Shown: positions 50,814 through 63,746 of the stretch, one piece after another
How positions within the stretch are numbered: the first letter of the stretch is position 1
Layout: the number at the start of each line of letters is the position of its first letter
NCBI RefSeq assembly: GCF_018350175.1
Contig: NC_058381.1
Location: 26,226,001 to 26,290,000, forward strand
Source: Felis catus
Lineage: Eukaryota
Direction: 5' to 3'
Length of the DNA: 64,000 bases
The notes under the pieces: model-generated
Database searches by the model: none
Seen by the model: the letters and a program-made list of their open reading frames with translations, nothing else
What the model was told of the DNA's origin: nothing
Made by a program: the position numbers and the translations under genes

Positions 50814-51502
50814 GGTGGGGGGGCGGCTTGAGCCACATCCTGATACTAAGTTTGGTGCTTTTTTCACTATTCCATGGGTTTCATGGACTTAGAAGGACTG
50901 GCTGATGGTGATGGTGGAGTCCTCATCACCTTATGGGTTCTTAATCTAAAAGGTGGACATTATACCTTTAAAACACTCACTATCTAAAGAAAGCATATCT
51001 CATTTCTTTATCACTGAGAACCCCAGAAAGTACCTTGGAATTGGTACAATCAAGGATCAAATGAGCATGTTTTTAAATGGACTATATTGAACTGTCTAAC
51101 TTAATTCTTCTTTCTTTCATACTTTCTCCAATTTTGGTTTTAGTAATTTTCTTTCTCTCAGAAACTGTCTTATAAAATCTTTCACTCCATGATCAGAATT
51201 TAATTAGAAAACAATAGAGTAAAACAACATAAAATCAAAGGAAACTGCTGGGAAATTTTTCATAATTTAGTAAAATGTGCTTAGAGTTTTAATGCCTATA
51301 AATATATGCCTATATACACTTGTATATATATTTGTGTATATATACACAAATAATTAAACAACAAAACCCTAGTTTGCTACAACAAGAAAGGAAAGTATGG
51401 TATGATATAAGAAGAACTATCATTTCTTCTGCACAGTGGAGAAGACTTTTCAGATTGTACCAACCTGGAAACCATTCTCTTTCTTTAAAAAAGAAACAGA
51501 GA

Positions 51503-51712
51503 GGGGAGCCTGGGTGGCTCAGTCGGTTAAGTGTCCAACTTCAGCTCAGGTCATGATCTCACGGCTCCTGAGTTCGAGTCCCACGTCAGGCTCTGTGCTG
51601 ACAGCTCAGAGCCTGGAGCCTGCTTCGGATTCTGTGTCTCCCTCTCTCTCAGCCCCTCCCCTGCTCACACTCTCTCTCTCTAAAATAAATAAACATTAAA
51701 AAAAAAAAAAGA
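51503..51712 (+). mobile_element. Can-SINE
   Basis: ggggagcctgggtggctcagtcggttaag head; imperfect TSD aaaaaagaaacagaga/aaaaaagaactagaga. Confidence 0.92.
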
Positions 51713-52295
51713 ACTAGAGAAAGAGAAAGGTAGAGAACACAAGCAAGTGAGAACAAGAGAAGTCAAAGCTGTAGAAGACAGAGAGTGGATGGCTGTGGCA
51801 GGCATTTTGCAGCGTGCACAGTAAAAGAAAATGAACCTTCATATGTTATAGCTTTAAATGGTTCTGTTCAGGAGCAGATGTGGAACAGTTTTGATAGTGC
51901 TGTGGAAATGCAGTTCAAAAGGACTGTAATTAAAGAGTAAACTTTGAGCAATTGCAGACAGAAAAGCTGAAAATTCTGTGTGATTATTGAAAAGCATTTG
52001 GAGAAGGTAAAACAGTGGTGACTGTAAGACAGTGGGACACAGTAGATGGGCAAGCAGTGCACTGTAGCGAGGGCAGACAAAGAAAGAAGAGGAACTTCAC
52101 AGGCCCAGGAGAGAGCTGTCCCCCCAGTGCTTAACATCAGAACTGAGCTATTTATTACTATAGTTGTGTTTATAGATTTATGTTCAAATTAACTATTTCA
52201 CAAAATATGGTTCATTCTATGATATGTTTTTAGTCATTCTCTGAAGAAACTCTGAAAAGTCTTTATGAAGTCTTGAGTTCAAACAGACAAAACCC

Positions 52296-52532
52296 GGGGC
52301 GCCTGGGTGGCGCAGTTGGTTAAGCGTCCGACTTCAGCCAGGTCACGATCTCGCAGTCCGTGAGTTCGATCGAGCCCCGCGTCAGGCTCTGGGCTGATGG
52401 CTCAGAGCCTGGAGGCTGTTTCTGATTCTGTGTCTCCCTCTCTCTCTGCCCCTCCCCCGTTCATGCTCTGTCTCTTTCTGTCCCAAAAATAAAAATAAAC
52501 GTTGAAAAACAACAACAACAACAAAAAAAAAA
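52296..52532 (+). mobile_element. Young felid SINE (SINEC_Fc-like) with perfect 15-bp TSD
   Basis: TSD aaacagacaaaaccc 52281-52295 and 52534-52548. Confidence 0.94.
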
Positions 52533-53019
52533 CAAACAGACAAAACCCTTTAACTATTGATGACGCTCGAACGAACTGGGTTCCAGCTCATGACTATAGT
52601 CCAGATTTTATGTGAAAAATTAGCGGGCAAGATCGACAGCTCAGACTAGTGCCTGAATAAGGATGCACTACACTTGTAACTGCGTGTATTGTGCTAATGC
52701 TTGCTTTATTGATTTTGTATGCTATGACCTTCACAAAATTGCCTTATCATCTTGGCATTTTTCTTCCTTTTTTTCTTTTATGGGTGGGAAATTATAGCCA
52801 TACTCCATGTCTCAGCTTCTCGTGGTCTCAGTCTTCTACAGTCTCACCACCACCCCTTTTCTAACATATTCCAAAATGCATGCCATTGAACCACATACCT
52901 CACCTGAGCCAGTTGGCAACCTAATCTATTCAGAAACACAGTGAAAATTCAGGAAGAAAGGAAAATGAAGGGCAAGGCAAGGAAAGAGAATTAAGGACTC
53001 CATTATACATTTCCTTCAT

Positions 53020-53200
53020 TTAATCATTGTAATTCTATGATACAGGTTTTATTCTTTGTATTTTAAAGTCAATAAATCTGAGGTTCAGATTGATCAAGTA
53101 ACTTGCCCAAGGTCACACAGCTAACAAGTAGAGGACTTAAGATTCAGACTTAGGTCTGTCTAACTTCCAAACTCATATTCTTTCCACTGTACCACACTAT
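53020..53200 (-). mobile_element. MIR
   Basis: gtaacttgcccaaggtcacacagctaacaagt. Confidence 0.75.
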
Positions 53201-53370
53201 TTTCTGAAAAGGTCTCTGAATAACCAAGACCTGTGTTACAAAGTATAAAACCAAAGTGTCTTATTCACATAAGTAGTCTAAAACCCCCATGCAGAACTTG
53301 GTTGCCCTTATTCTAAATTATGGTTGTCTGGTTTTGAAGTCCAGAGCTGATTAGAAAGAAGTAGCAAATT

Positions 53371-53588
53371 GGGGTGCCTGGGTGGCTCAGTAAGTTGAGC
53401 GCCTGCCTTTGGCTCAGGTCATGATCTCATGTTCACGAGTTTGGGCCCTACATCGGGCTCTCTGCTGTCAGCACAGAGCCTGCGTCAGATCCTCTGTCCC
53501 CCTCTCTCTGCCCCTGACCCATTCACACACACACACTCTCTCTCACATTCTCTCTCTCTTAAAAATAAATTAATTAATTAAAAAAAAA
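53371..53588 (+). mobile_element. Can-SINE (first of a tandem pair)
   Basis: ggggtgcctgggtggctcag head and tail. Confidence 0.9.
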
Positions 53589-53592
53589 TGCT

Positions 53593-53819
53593 GGGGCGCC
53601 TGGGTGGCTCAGTTGCTTAAGCATCCAACTTCAGCTCAGGCCATGATCTCGCAATTTGTGGGTTTGAGCCCCAAGTCAGGCTCTGTGTTGACAGCTCACA
53701 GCCTGAAGCCTGCTTTGGATTCTGTGTCTGCCTCTCTCTCTGCCCCTCCCATGCTCATGCTCTGTCTCTCTCTCTCAACAATAGATAAATGTTAAAAAAA
53801 TTTTTTTAATAAAAAAAAA
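53593..53819 (+). mobile_element. Can-SINE (second of a tandem pair)
   Basis: ggggcgcctgggtggctcag head and tail. Confidence 0.9.
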
Positions 53820-54005
53820 GAAGATGGGAGAAGAGTTTTTGTGAACAAGTACAGTGATTACTGTGAGAAGAGACAAATGATAGCTTGATGGTAAGACAGA
53901 AAACCACATTTAAAAGCAGATATAGAATAAAATCATAAATATGAATAAAAGCTTCATGGTAAGTGATGCTAATCCTACACTGCTATCATTTCAATAGTAC
54001 TTACT

Positions 54006-54239
54006 GGGGCACCTGGGTGGCTCAATCGGTTAAGTGTCTGCCTCTTGATTTCAGCTCAGGTCATGATCTCATGGTCGTGGGATCAAGCCCCATGTTGGAC
54101 TCTGCAGTGACAGCGTGGAGCCTGCTTGGGATTCTCTCTTCCTCTGTCTCTGCCTCTTCCCTGCTAGCTCTCTCAAACTCTCTCTCTCTCTCTCTTTCTC
54201 TTTCTCTCTCTCTCAAAAATAAATAAATAAATATTATTA
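54006..54239 (+). mobile_element. Can-SINE
   Basis: TSD aatagta(ct/tc)tact; long CT tract. Confidence 0.9.
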
Positions 54240-54419
54240 AATAGTATCTACTAAGTGTCAGGCTCTGTGCTAGACACAATGGTTTTAAAGACCCAGAGCA
54301 TTTCCACTTTTTTTTTTTTTATTCATGACACAGCTCTGTATAAGATTTCATTTGTAAAAAGAATTTTGGGGTGAAAAATACTGAAAAGTCACTGCATTAT
54401 ATCACTTAATTATCAAATA

Positions 54420-54570
54420 ATCACTGTTCAGTTTGATTCCACCATTCCCATTTTATAGATGAGCTCAAAACCTTTGAGAAATTTGCCCAAAGTCATATAG
54501 CTATGAAGAAGAGGAGCCAGTATTCAAACTCAGGTCTGCTGATTTCACAGCCTGTGCTTTTTCCATTGTC
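54420..54570 (-). mobile_element. MIR
   Basis: cccattttatagatgag...tttgcccaaagtcatatagct...tattcaaactcaggtctg. Confidence 0.7.
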
Positions 54571-56465
54571 ATGTTGCCTCCACGTTTATAGGCACGGCTC
54601 TGAGTCACTGCAAGAAGGTTAATTTATAACTGTTTAAAAATCCAGGGAAACTGTATTGGTTAAACTAATGGAAGTGTACAAACACCTAGTTCTCTGGAAA
54701 ACTTAGCTTTCCAGGATGACTAGAGCTACAACAACAGAGGAGCACTATATAATCAAGATCCTTACAGTTTTCCCAACCTGATATTAACATTAGTGCAATA
54801 TTATAATTTTCATGTCTGTATGTCTTATAGATGATCTTTTATGGTCATCTCAGTGGACAATTTGAAGAAAATCCAATTCAGGAAGGACTTTGTCATAGTA
54901 ATCATGAGAACTGTACACTTTTCAGCTGGGGCATGTGTTGGCCTGCCTCTGTGGCAATGATTTTATTTAACCACCATTTGGTAGAGTTTGTACAAACACA
55001 TAAATATAATTTATGAATTATTGTTAATAAAAGCACATTTTTGTGAGTGATAATCTGTGGGCTGCAAAGTAATATCTTTCACGACATCTTTCTAATGATA
55101 TTGTTGGATGGAAAAGGAGTAGTTATAAATCATCCCTCAAATCCCCTAAAGGTTGAAAGGTAAGTAGTTACTAGTCATCTTCAGAACTCATTGGATTTAC
55201 AAGTTTATCCTCAAATAGATTCATGACTGAGAGTAAGCCTCATTAATCTTAATCATATCAATCTGAGTACCCAGTAAAGTTAGGTCAGAAATGGCTGCTA
55301 TCAGAGACAGTCAGGACATACTTCAGACAAGAATGCACTCACTTCTTAGACACACATACCCAAGCCAGATAACAGCCGGGGATTTAGGAGAGATTCAGTG
55401 GAGACACAAATAGTCTCAATAATGACAATAGCTAGAGAGAGGATCCCACAGCCAAACACACAGCTAATAAAACCACTAAGGTGCAGGGTCAGACCAGAGT
55501 TAACTGCAGAGTCATCCAGAACATTACNNNNNNNNNNNNNNNNNNNNNNNNNNNNNNNNNNNNNNNNNNNNNNNNNNNNNNNNNNNNNNNNNNNNNNNNN
55601 NNNNNNNNNNNNNNNNNNNNNNNNNNNNNNNNNNNNNNNNNNNNNNNNNNNNNNNNNNNNNNNNNNNNNNNNNNNNNNNNNNNNNNGTGTAACAAGTGGC
55701 CAGTTTAGGGCTCCAACTGGTAAACTATGATGGTCCTAGGAGATAGGGCTGGATATCATTAAGGTCAGGAAGAACTCTGCTCTGACCCCCCCATTTAGAT
55801 GTGGAGACATGAACACAAGATGATGAACTTAAAAAAGAAGGGGAGGAAAGGAGAAACCACGTAATGCAGCCAGATTTTTGCATTTATTGGAGGGTCTAAT
55901 CTCTAAAAGTTTAGATCAACCTGACCACAGAAATGAAAAAGAGTCATCTATCATAGTGTAGGGAACATATCCAGTCAAGATTAGTAGTTTTCAATTTTTT
56001 TTAACTTGTGAAACACACAAACTTGCCAGGAAGCTTCAGGGTACATATTCTCTCCTCCCGCTTGTCTCTCCAGCCCAAATAGCTTGGTCATTTAATCAAA
56101 TTTCTCCTAGAGTCTATAGCCTCCATGTGAATATATTCATCTTTGTTTCCCTATAAAGCCTAGTACAAAACATACACTAGGCTCTCAAATCTTTGTGGAT
56201 TTGAATCCCTCTTCATACCTACCCTCCTCCGACTGACAAGGCATTCTCCTTCTTTTCTCATTATCATCGTTAGCTAAATCTTTTACCTCTTAGTCAAAAA
56301 TTTTAGAAGAAGTGTGAAGACACACAGGATTTGAAACTGACAGTGGAAACCCTTGTGGTATATATAAAGATTCGGATACACGAGATGAAAACCTATTAGG
56401 TGATTTGATTCTAGCCAGCCTTGATTCTGTGAGCTTTCTGATTTGTACCTTATTTAATTTTGCCG

Positions 56466-56491
56466 TCTTCTTCTTCTTCTTCTTCTTCTTC
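56466..56491. repeat. (CTT)n microsatellite
   Basis: Direct read. Confidence 0.92.
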
Positions 56492-57548
56492 GATTTAAAC
56501 TTCTTCTTTTTTCAATTTTTCTTTATTCTTTTTTAAATATTTGGAGAATTTTTATTTGGGTAAATGCTTTAATTATAATATTCTCTGTCCCTGATACATT
56601 TTTGAAAGCTTTATTAAGATTCACATATCACATAATTCACCTATATAAAGTGTATAATTAAATGATTTTTAGTATATTCACAGAGTTGTCAACCATTACC
56701 ATAATCGATTTAAAATGTTATCATCACCTCCAAAATAAACCCTGTATCTCTTCACTATTGCCACCATATTTCCCACACGCCCTAGCCCAANNNNNNNNNN
56801 NNNNNNNNNNNNNNNNNNNNNNNNNNNNNNNNNNNNNNNNNNNNNNNNNNNNNNNNNNNNNNNNNNNNNNNNNNNNNNNNNNNNNNNNNNNNNNNNNNNN
56901 NNNNNNNNNNNNNNNNNNNNNNNNNNNNNNNNNNNNNNNNNNNNNNNNNNNNNNNNNNNNNNGTTTGTGGAACTTCCAGACAATTTGCCAAAACTGCTGC
57001 ACCATTTTACATCTCACCAGCAGTGTGTGCAAGTTCTGATTTCTCCACACCTCACCAAAGCAACCCTGCNNNNNNNNNNNNNNNNNNNNNNNNNNNNNNN
57101 NNNNNNNNNNNNNNNNNNNNNNNNNNNNNNNNNNNNNNNNNNNNNNNNNNNNNNNNNNNNNNNNNNNNNNNNNNNNNNNNNNNNNNNNNNNNNNNNNNNN
57201 NNNNNNNNNNNNNNNNNNNNNNNNNNNNNNNNNNNNNNNNNNNNNNNNNNNNNNNNNNNNNNNNNNNNNNNNNNNNNNNNNNNNNNNNNNNNNNNNNNNN
57301 NNNNNNNNNNNNNNNNNNNNNNNNNNNNNNNNNNNAAAGTATATTCTCCNNNNNNNNNNNNNNNNNNNNNNNNNNNNNNNNNNNNNNNNNNNNNNNNNNN
57401 NNNNNNNNNNNNNNNNNNNNNNNNNNNNNNNNNNNNNNNNNNNNNNNNNNNNNNNNNNNNNNNNNNNNNNNNNNNNNNNNNNNNNNNNNNNNNNNNNNNN
57501 NNNNNNNNNNNNNNNNNNNNNNNNNNNTCTTAAGAGTTTTATACTTCT

Positions 57549-57764
57549 TTTTTAAAATTTTTTTTAATGTTTATTTATTTTTGAGAGAGAGAGAGAGAGC
57601 GTGTGAGCAGAGGAGGGGCAGAGAGAGAGGGAAACACAGAATTGGAAGCAGGCTCCAGGCTCGAGCTGTCAACACATGGGGCTTGAACTGTGGGCCTTGG
57701 AGCTGTGAGATCATGACCTGAGCCGAAGTCGGCTGCTTAACCGACGGAGCCACCCAGGGGCCCC
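57549..57764 (-). mobile_element. Can-SINE nested in L1, perfect 17-bp TSD
   Basis: TSD aagagttttatacttct 57532-57548 and 57765-57781. Confidence 0.93.
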
Positions 57765-58351
57765 AAGAGTTTTATACTTCTATCACATTTTAGTTAATTT
57801 TTGGGTATGATATGAGGTAAAGGTCGAACCTCATTCTTTTGCATGTGGCTATCATCCAGTTGTCCCAGAACAAATTGTTGAAAAGACAATTCTTTCCACT
57901 GAATGATATGGACACTCTTGTTCATAGACACATGGGTTTATTTTTGGAGTTTCAGTTCTATTCCATTGATCTATATGATTATCCTTATGCCAGTATCACA
58001 CTGTCTTGATTATTGTTGTTTTGTAGTAAGTTTTGGAACTAGGAAGTGTGAGTCCTTCAACTTCGTTCTACTTTTTCAACATTGTTTTAGCTATTTCAAT
58101 TTTAATTGAATTTGAATTCAATTTGATTGAATTCGAATTTTAGAATTAGTTTATCTATTTCCACCAAGAAGCCAGCTGAGATTCTGACAGAGATTGAATT
58201 GAATCTATAGATCAACTTGGGGAACATTGCCATCTTATTTATATGTCTTCTTGTGCATGGATATGAGATATTTTTCCACGTATTTAGGTCTCCTTTAGTT
58301 TCTTTCAACAACTTTTTATAGTTTCCAAAGTATAAGTTTTGTACTTCTTTT

Positions 58352-58567
58352 TTTTTAATTTTTTAATGTTTATTTATTTTTGACACAGATAGAAAGGTAG
58401 AGTGCAAGTGGGGGAGTGGCAGAGAGAGGGAGACACAGAGTCTGAAACAGGCTCCAGGCTCTGAGCCATCAGCACAGGCCCTGATACAGGGCTTGAACCC
58501 ACGAACCAGGAGATCATAACCTGTGCTGAAGTCGGATGCTTAACTGACTGAGCCACCCAGGCACCCC
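58352..58567 (-). mobile_element. Can-SINE nested in L1, 17-bp TSD
   Basis: TSD agttttgtacttctttt on both sides (right copy 58568-58584). Confidence 0.93.
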
Positions 58568-59609
58568 AGTTTTGTACTTCTTTTGTTAAGTTAATTCCTA
58601 TTTTATTCTTTTTGGTACTATTGTAAATGTAATTTAAAATTTTTTATTTTTGAATTATTCATTGCAAGTATATAGAAACACAGTTAATTGATTTTTGTAT
58701 ATTACATGCAAATTATATATATGATTATAGATATAATTTATTTTTATGTATTGATCATGTGTCTTGAAAACTTGCTGAGCTTTTTTATTAGTTCTAATAG
58801 TTTTTTAGTGGAATCCTCAGAATTTCATAATAGATTATGTTATTAGCAAATAGATTTACTTCTTCCTTTCTAACCTGGATGTCTTTTATTTATTTTTCTT
58901 ATTTAATTGTTCTGGCTAGAACCACCAGTACAAAGTTGAATAGAACTGGCAAGAGTTGACATTCTTGCCTTGTTCCTGAGGGAAAGCTTTCTGTCATTCA
59001 CCATTGAGTATGGATGTTAGCTGTGGATTTTTATAGATGCTTTTTATTAAAGTAGTTGCTTTCTATTCGTAGTTTTTGTTGAGTGTTTTTTATCATGAAG
59101 TTGTGTTGAAGTTTGACAAATGCTTGTCTGTGTCTATTGAGATGGTCATGAGGTTTTGTTTTTTACTCTGTCAATATGATGTATTACATTAGTTGATTTT
59201 CAAATGTTAAACCCATTTTGTATTCCTGGAATAAATCCCACTGGTCATGGTATATAATTCTTTTTATAAGTGCTGGATTCAGTTTGCAAGTATTGAGAAT
59301 TTTTACGGTCATTTTTCTAACAGGTATTGGTCTATAGTTTTCTTCATCTTCATCTGGTTGTAGTATCAGGCTAATATTAGCCTTCTACAATGATTTGGAA
59401 AGTGTTCCTTCCTCTTTTATATTTTGAAGAGTTGGTGAAGAAATGGTATTAATTCTAAATTATATGTCTGGTAGAATTCACCAAAGAAAACATTTGGTTC
59501 CGGATTTTTTTTGTGGGTAGTTTTTTAAATTACTAATTCGATCTCTTTACTTGTTATAGACCTATTCAGATTGTCTATTTTTTCTTGAGTCAGTTTTGGT
59601 AATTTGTGT

Positions 59610-59695
59610 GCAGGGCTCAATCTCATGAACTGTGAGATGACCTAAACTGAAATCAAGAGTCAGACACTTAACTAACTGAGTCACGCAGGCACCCC
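59610..59695 (-). mobile_element. Can-SINE head fragment (tail lost)
   Basis: ...gagtcagacacttaactaactgagtcacgcaggcacccc. Confidence 0.8.
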
Positions 59696-60109
59696 TGTGT
59701 TATTGATTTCTAACTTCATTTCATCATGGTAAGAGAACATACTTTGTATTATTTCTTTCTTTTTAAATCTATTGAAGTTTTTATTTTATGTTCCACCACA
59801 TGGTCTATCCTGGTCCTCTTAAGCTGTAGCTGAAGAGTCCTCAGATCAAGGAGAATTGGAATATGATAGAAAAATCACTATCCAACTGGGTTTTAACTCT
59901 AGCTTTTTCTGCTTATCAACAATATGGACTTGGAAGTCCACTTTCTTTCTCTGGAATTTAGTGTCCCTATTTGTATAAAGAGGACCACTTAAACTCCGGT
60001 TCTCTTACTAGCTTGAATAAATCCTTTAATCTCTCTGATGCAAGTTTCCTTATTTCTAAAATGGGGACAATAAATCTTAATTTGCAGAGCTGTCTCAAGA
60101 ACAAGCTAA

Positions 60110-60227
60110 TGATGGGGGGGTGAGGGAGAGGGGAAAGTGGGTGATGGGCATTGATGAGGGCACTTGTTGGGATGAGCACTGGGGGTTGTATGGAAACCAA
60201 TTTGACAATAAATTATATTTAAAAAAA
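60110..60227 (+). mobile_element. Very short 5'-truncated felid L1 (L1_Fc-like 3' end) inserted in a MIR
   Basis: gggtgatgggcattgatgagggcacttgttgggatgagcactgg...ccaatttgacaataaa; perfect 13-bp TSD aagaacaagctaa 60097-60109 and 60228-60240; MIR text on both sides. Confidence 0.88.
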
Positions 60228-60841
60228 AAGAACAAGCTAACGTGTGTAATTACTGGTACATGGTAGACGCTCAATAAATGAATTTTGTTATGCATTTTTT
60301 TTTAACAATGATAGTTGTCAATTTTTCTATGGTCTAGGGGAGAGAGTTAGTAGGTTCATCCTGGCAGCAGAGAAGCAAGTTCTACAAAGCTGTCTTAGGA
60401 GCTGCTTTGGAATCCTTTGTTTTTCTCAGTTGTTCAGGCCCACTGTAACCCAACAGGCTTAGCTCATCTAAAACAAAAACTTCTCTGTTTGGCCTTTGAC
60501 CTCCTAAGCCACTGATGCTAGAATCCCATGAGTATAATACACTAGAAACAAGACATCCCGTGGTAGCATCAACCCAAGCCTCAATGGGATTTCTTTACAT
60601 AGTGATATTTACTATTTTGTATTTGATGTCTACTTTCTTCCTTGGAAGTCATGACACTTCATAATTGTTTGCTTTACACTTACTTATGAGGTAGAACTTC
60701 TCATCTAGAGAGGGTAATTAGTTTTTCTAAGATAGGGAGAAGCAGCCAAAGACACCTGAAACAAGTATGGGAACATACTAGATCCTTAGTCCAGAAAAAA
60801 AAAAAAAAAAAAACACCTCATGTTAATAGCTTTGACACCTC

Positions 60842-60842
<1 letters not shown>

Positions 60843-60872
<30 letters not shown>
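60843..60872. repeat. (AAAAC)n microsatellite
   Basis: Direct read. Confidence 0.92.
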
Positions 60873-63041
60873 TAAAAACACCTCAAGTTAATCGCTTGTT
60901 AATAGCTAATTTGTATTAGCTCCTTGTCTTTAGTCAATCTAGCTAAGAACAAGGAAAGTAAGGTTGATTTTGAAGCCCAGCAGGAAAGAAAGAAGAAATT
61001 CCTAATCAGACCCTATGCTAAATGTGGATATAAATCTACTATATAATACCATACAATACACGTAGATGCAAGGTTCTAAACCTGACAATAAGACTTAAAG
61101 CCCTGCATTCAGACATCTTATAAGTATGGGGAGAAAAGGAAAGGTCATTACCCATCTGACGCTTGTTGAGATTATCCAGCTACTGATAACAGAAAAATCA
61201 ATTTAACTTTGAATAATGATTTTAAGCTCAACCTCTTGGGTGGTGTGGGATACTATGGTAGAGAATGGATAGGGGAGTGGTAGGCATTATTCCAGGCATT
61301 TAAAATATGCTTTCCTAAAAAAATCTGGTTCTCAGGTGCACCACAAAATATGAATTTGCCATAATCTTAATTTGGGTGATAAAGAGTGATAAAGAGTGAG
61401 TAGGAAGAACTTGGAGAAGAATCTTTCTTTCTTTCCAAAGATTCTGTTAACAACCCTAGTATCTCAATTATTCCAAGTTTTGGCAATATAGGAAAGCAGT
61501 CAAGCAAAATTTATTCCTGGATAAGAATTTACCAGGAACCTACCAGGTGCCCCATCCCACATCTCAGAGAACAGCAAATTCACTAGAGAAACTGGCGGCT
61601 ACTCCAAACCGCTCCACTGGACNNNNNNNNNNNNNNNNNNNNNNNNNNNNNNNNNNNNNNNNNNNNNNNNNNNNNNNNNNNNNNNNNNNNNNNNNNNNNN
61701 NNNNNNNNNNNNNNNNNNNNNNNNNNNNNNNNNNNNNNNNNNNNNNNNNNNNNNNNNNNNNNNNNNNNNNNNNNNNNNNNNNNNNNNNNNNNNNNNNNNN
61801 NNNNNNNNNNNNNNNNNNNNNNNNNNNNNNNNNNNNNNNNNNNNNNNNNNNNNNNNNNNNNNNNNNNNNNNNNNNNNNNNNNNNNNNNNNAAAACAATCA
61901 CAATCTTTGGAAGAATAGAAATGATGTCTGACTTAGCTATTCAGTTAACTTTAAGAATTCTGGCTTTGTCCTTTTTGCTTGTTTTAAGTTGACAGGTGTT
62001 TCTAGAAAAACAAGTCATGTTTGTTTAAGGTCAGTATTGGAAGCCAATAAAAAGGCTGGCCTTTTTGGCTCTGATATATGGTGTGATTTTGGATTTTTCT
62101 TTCTACTACATTAACCATGCATTCCTTAAAGAGTACTTAAAGTCCTGGGAAGGATGTAAAATGTCAGTACTGAACTAAGATCACAAAATTCCTGGAATCA
62201 TAGCACACATGTTGTTAAGGATCATACTGAAGATGTGCAAATCAAAAACAAGACTTTAAACATATTTTCAGCTTTTCAGTTCATCCTAAAAACTCAACTA
62301 TTGCTCCCAATACAGAGTAATGTCACCTCCTACCCCTTCTAGGTACTTTTCTGAAGAGCTCAGAGCACTTTCCAGACATGACTTCATTTGCTCGCCAGTA
62401 ACTAACAGTGCGGGAGGGAAGAGTGAGAACTTTTCTCTATATATTATATATTAAGGAAAATGTGGCTTAGAAAAGAATGTATGTTAGAGTCACATAGGGT
62501 GTCAGGTGGAAGTGTATGTGCCTCTCATGTCTATGGCAAAGCCCATAGAATGTTAAAGCTGGGAGAAAACTTAGACCTATCATCTAATACAGTAATTCCT
62601 GATATTTTGGATTTTATATACAAGTAAAACTTTGAAGCTATTTTAAAGGATTAATCATAAATTTTCTCCAAAAAGGACACTAGAAAAACAACACCTGTAA
62701 TTTTATGAAAAAGGAGACATTATAACACCCTGAAACCAAGAAGTTTATAACTGCTGATATTAGAGGGAGATAAAGAAGAAAGTAACAGAATTTGGAATAA
62801 TGGAATCAGAAGTAGGGTTGAAGATGGTAGACATCCAAACTATGAATTCATATGATAGGAGAATAACCTCAAAACAAATGGTAGACCTTCTCAACACAAA
62901 ACATGCACACAAACACTCTATATACTGCTTATTTTTCTCATTTTACCATCAAAGACCAGCAGCATTACCAGAGTAGAAATATAGGAATTTAACCTGAATC
63001 TTCGTTTTACTTACGAGAAAATTAAGACTTGGAAAAGGAAG

Positions 63042-63194
63042 TAGGATTGCCAGATAAAATACAGGACACCTAATTAAATTTAAATCCCATGCAATATTTG
63101 GGATATACTTATACTAACTAATAATTCGTTGTTTATCTAAAATACAAATTTAATAGGGCCCACTGTATCTCTATTTGCTAAATATGGCAACATT
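63042..63194. mobile_element. Palindromic hAT MITE, MER53-like, internally deleted
   Basis: ggattgccagataaaatacagg ... tatttgctaaatatggcaac inverted termini. Confidence 0.75.
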
Positions 63195-63446
63195 AAAGGG
63201 AAATGTCTTTTACTTACTTGAACCGTTGTTTAATGGTAGAATTAGGAGCAATTAGTTTTGACTCCAGTGATTTAAAAAAATATATATTGTTCTACCTTTT
63301 CATACATCATAGTCTTGCTCTAATTCAACATAATCCATTAACCATACTAATTCTACCATCTTCATCCTCACCTTTAATTATAATTCTATTATTCTGAATT
63401 CTGCTACTTTTCTCTTTGGAGCCCAAAGTTTCTTTTCCTTTTATAC

Positions 63447-63507
63447 TAGTAGTTACCAAACTTTTTTGGTTTCAGGATCCTTTATTCTTAAAAATTATTG
63501 AAGACCT
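63447..63507 (+). mobile_element. hAT-Charlie MITE 5' end (MER33-like), host of the two terminal SINEs
   Basis: tagtagttaccaaactttttt ggtttcaggatcc...cttaaaaattattgaagacc resembles the MER33 start as I recall it. Confidence 0.6.
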
Positions 63508-63509
63508 AT

Positions 63510-63733
63510 GGGGCGCCTGGGTGGTGCAGTCAGTTAAGCGTCCGACTTCAGCCAGGTCACGATCTCGAGGTCCGTGAGTTCGAGCCCCGCGTCAGGCTCT
63601 GGGCTGATGGCTCAGAGCCTGGAGCCTGTTTCCGATTCTGTGTCTCCCTTTCTCTCTGCCCCTCCCCCGTTCATGCTCTGTCTCTCTCTGTCCCAAAAAT
63701 AAATAAACGTTGAAAAAAAAATTAAAAAAAAAT
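63510..63733 (+). mobile_element. Young felid SINE (SINEC_Fc-like)
   Basis: Near-consensus, CpG-retaining body. Confidence 0.94.
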
Positions 63734-63746
63734 TTATTGAAGACCT

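Larger units (their letters stand above)
56597..59810 (-). mobile_element. About 3.2-kb L1 (L1MB-like) relic: 3' UTR and ORF2, antisense, with gaps and nested SINEs
   Basis: ctttattaagattcacatatcacataattcacc 3' end; ORF2-antisense text such as ttttgcatgtggctatcatccagttgtcccag and gtcttgattattgttgttttgtagtaagttttgg. Confidence 0.85.
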
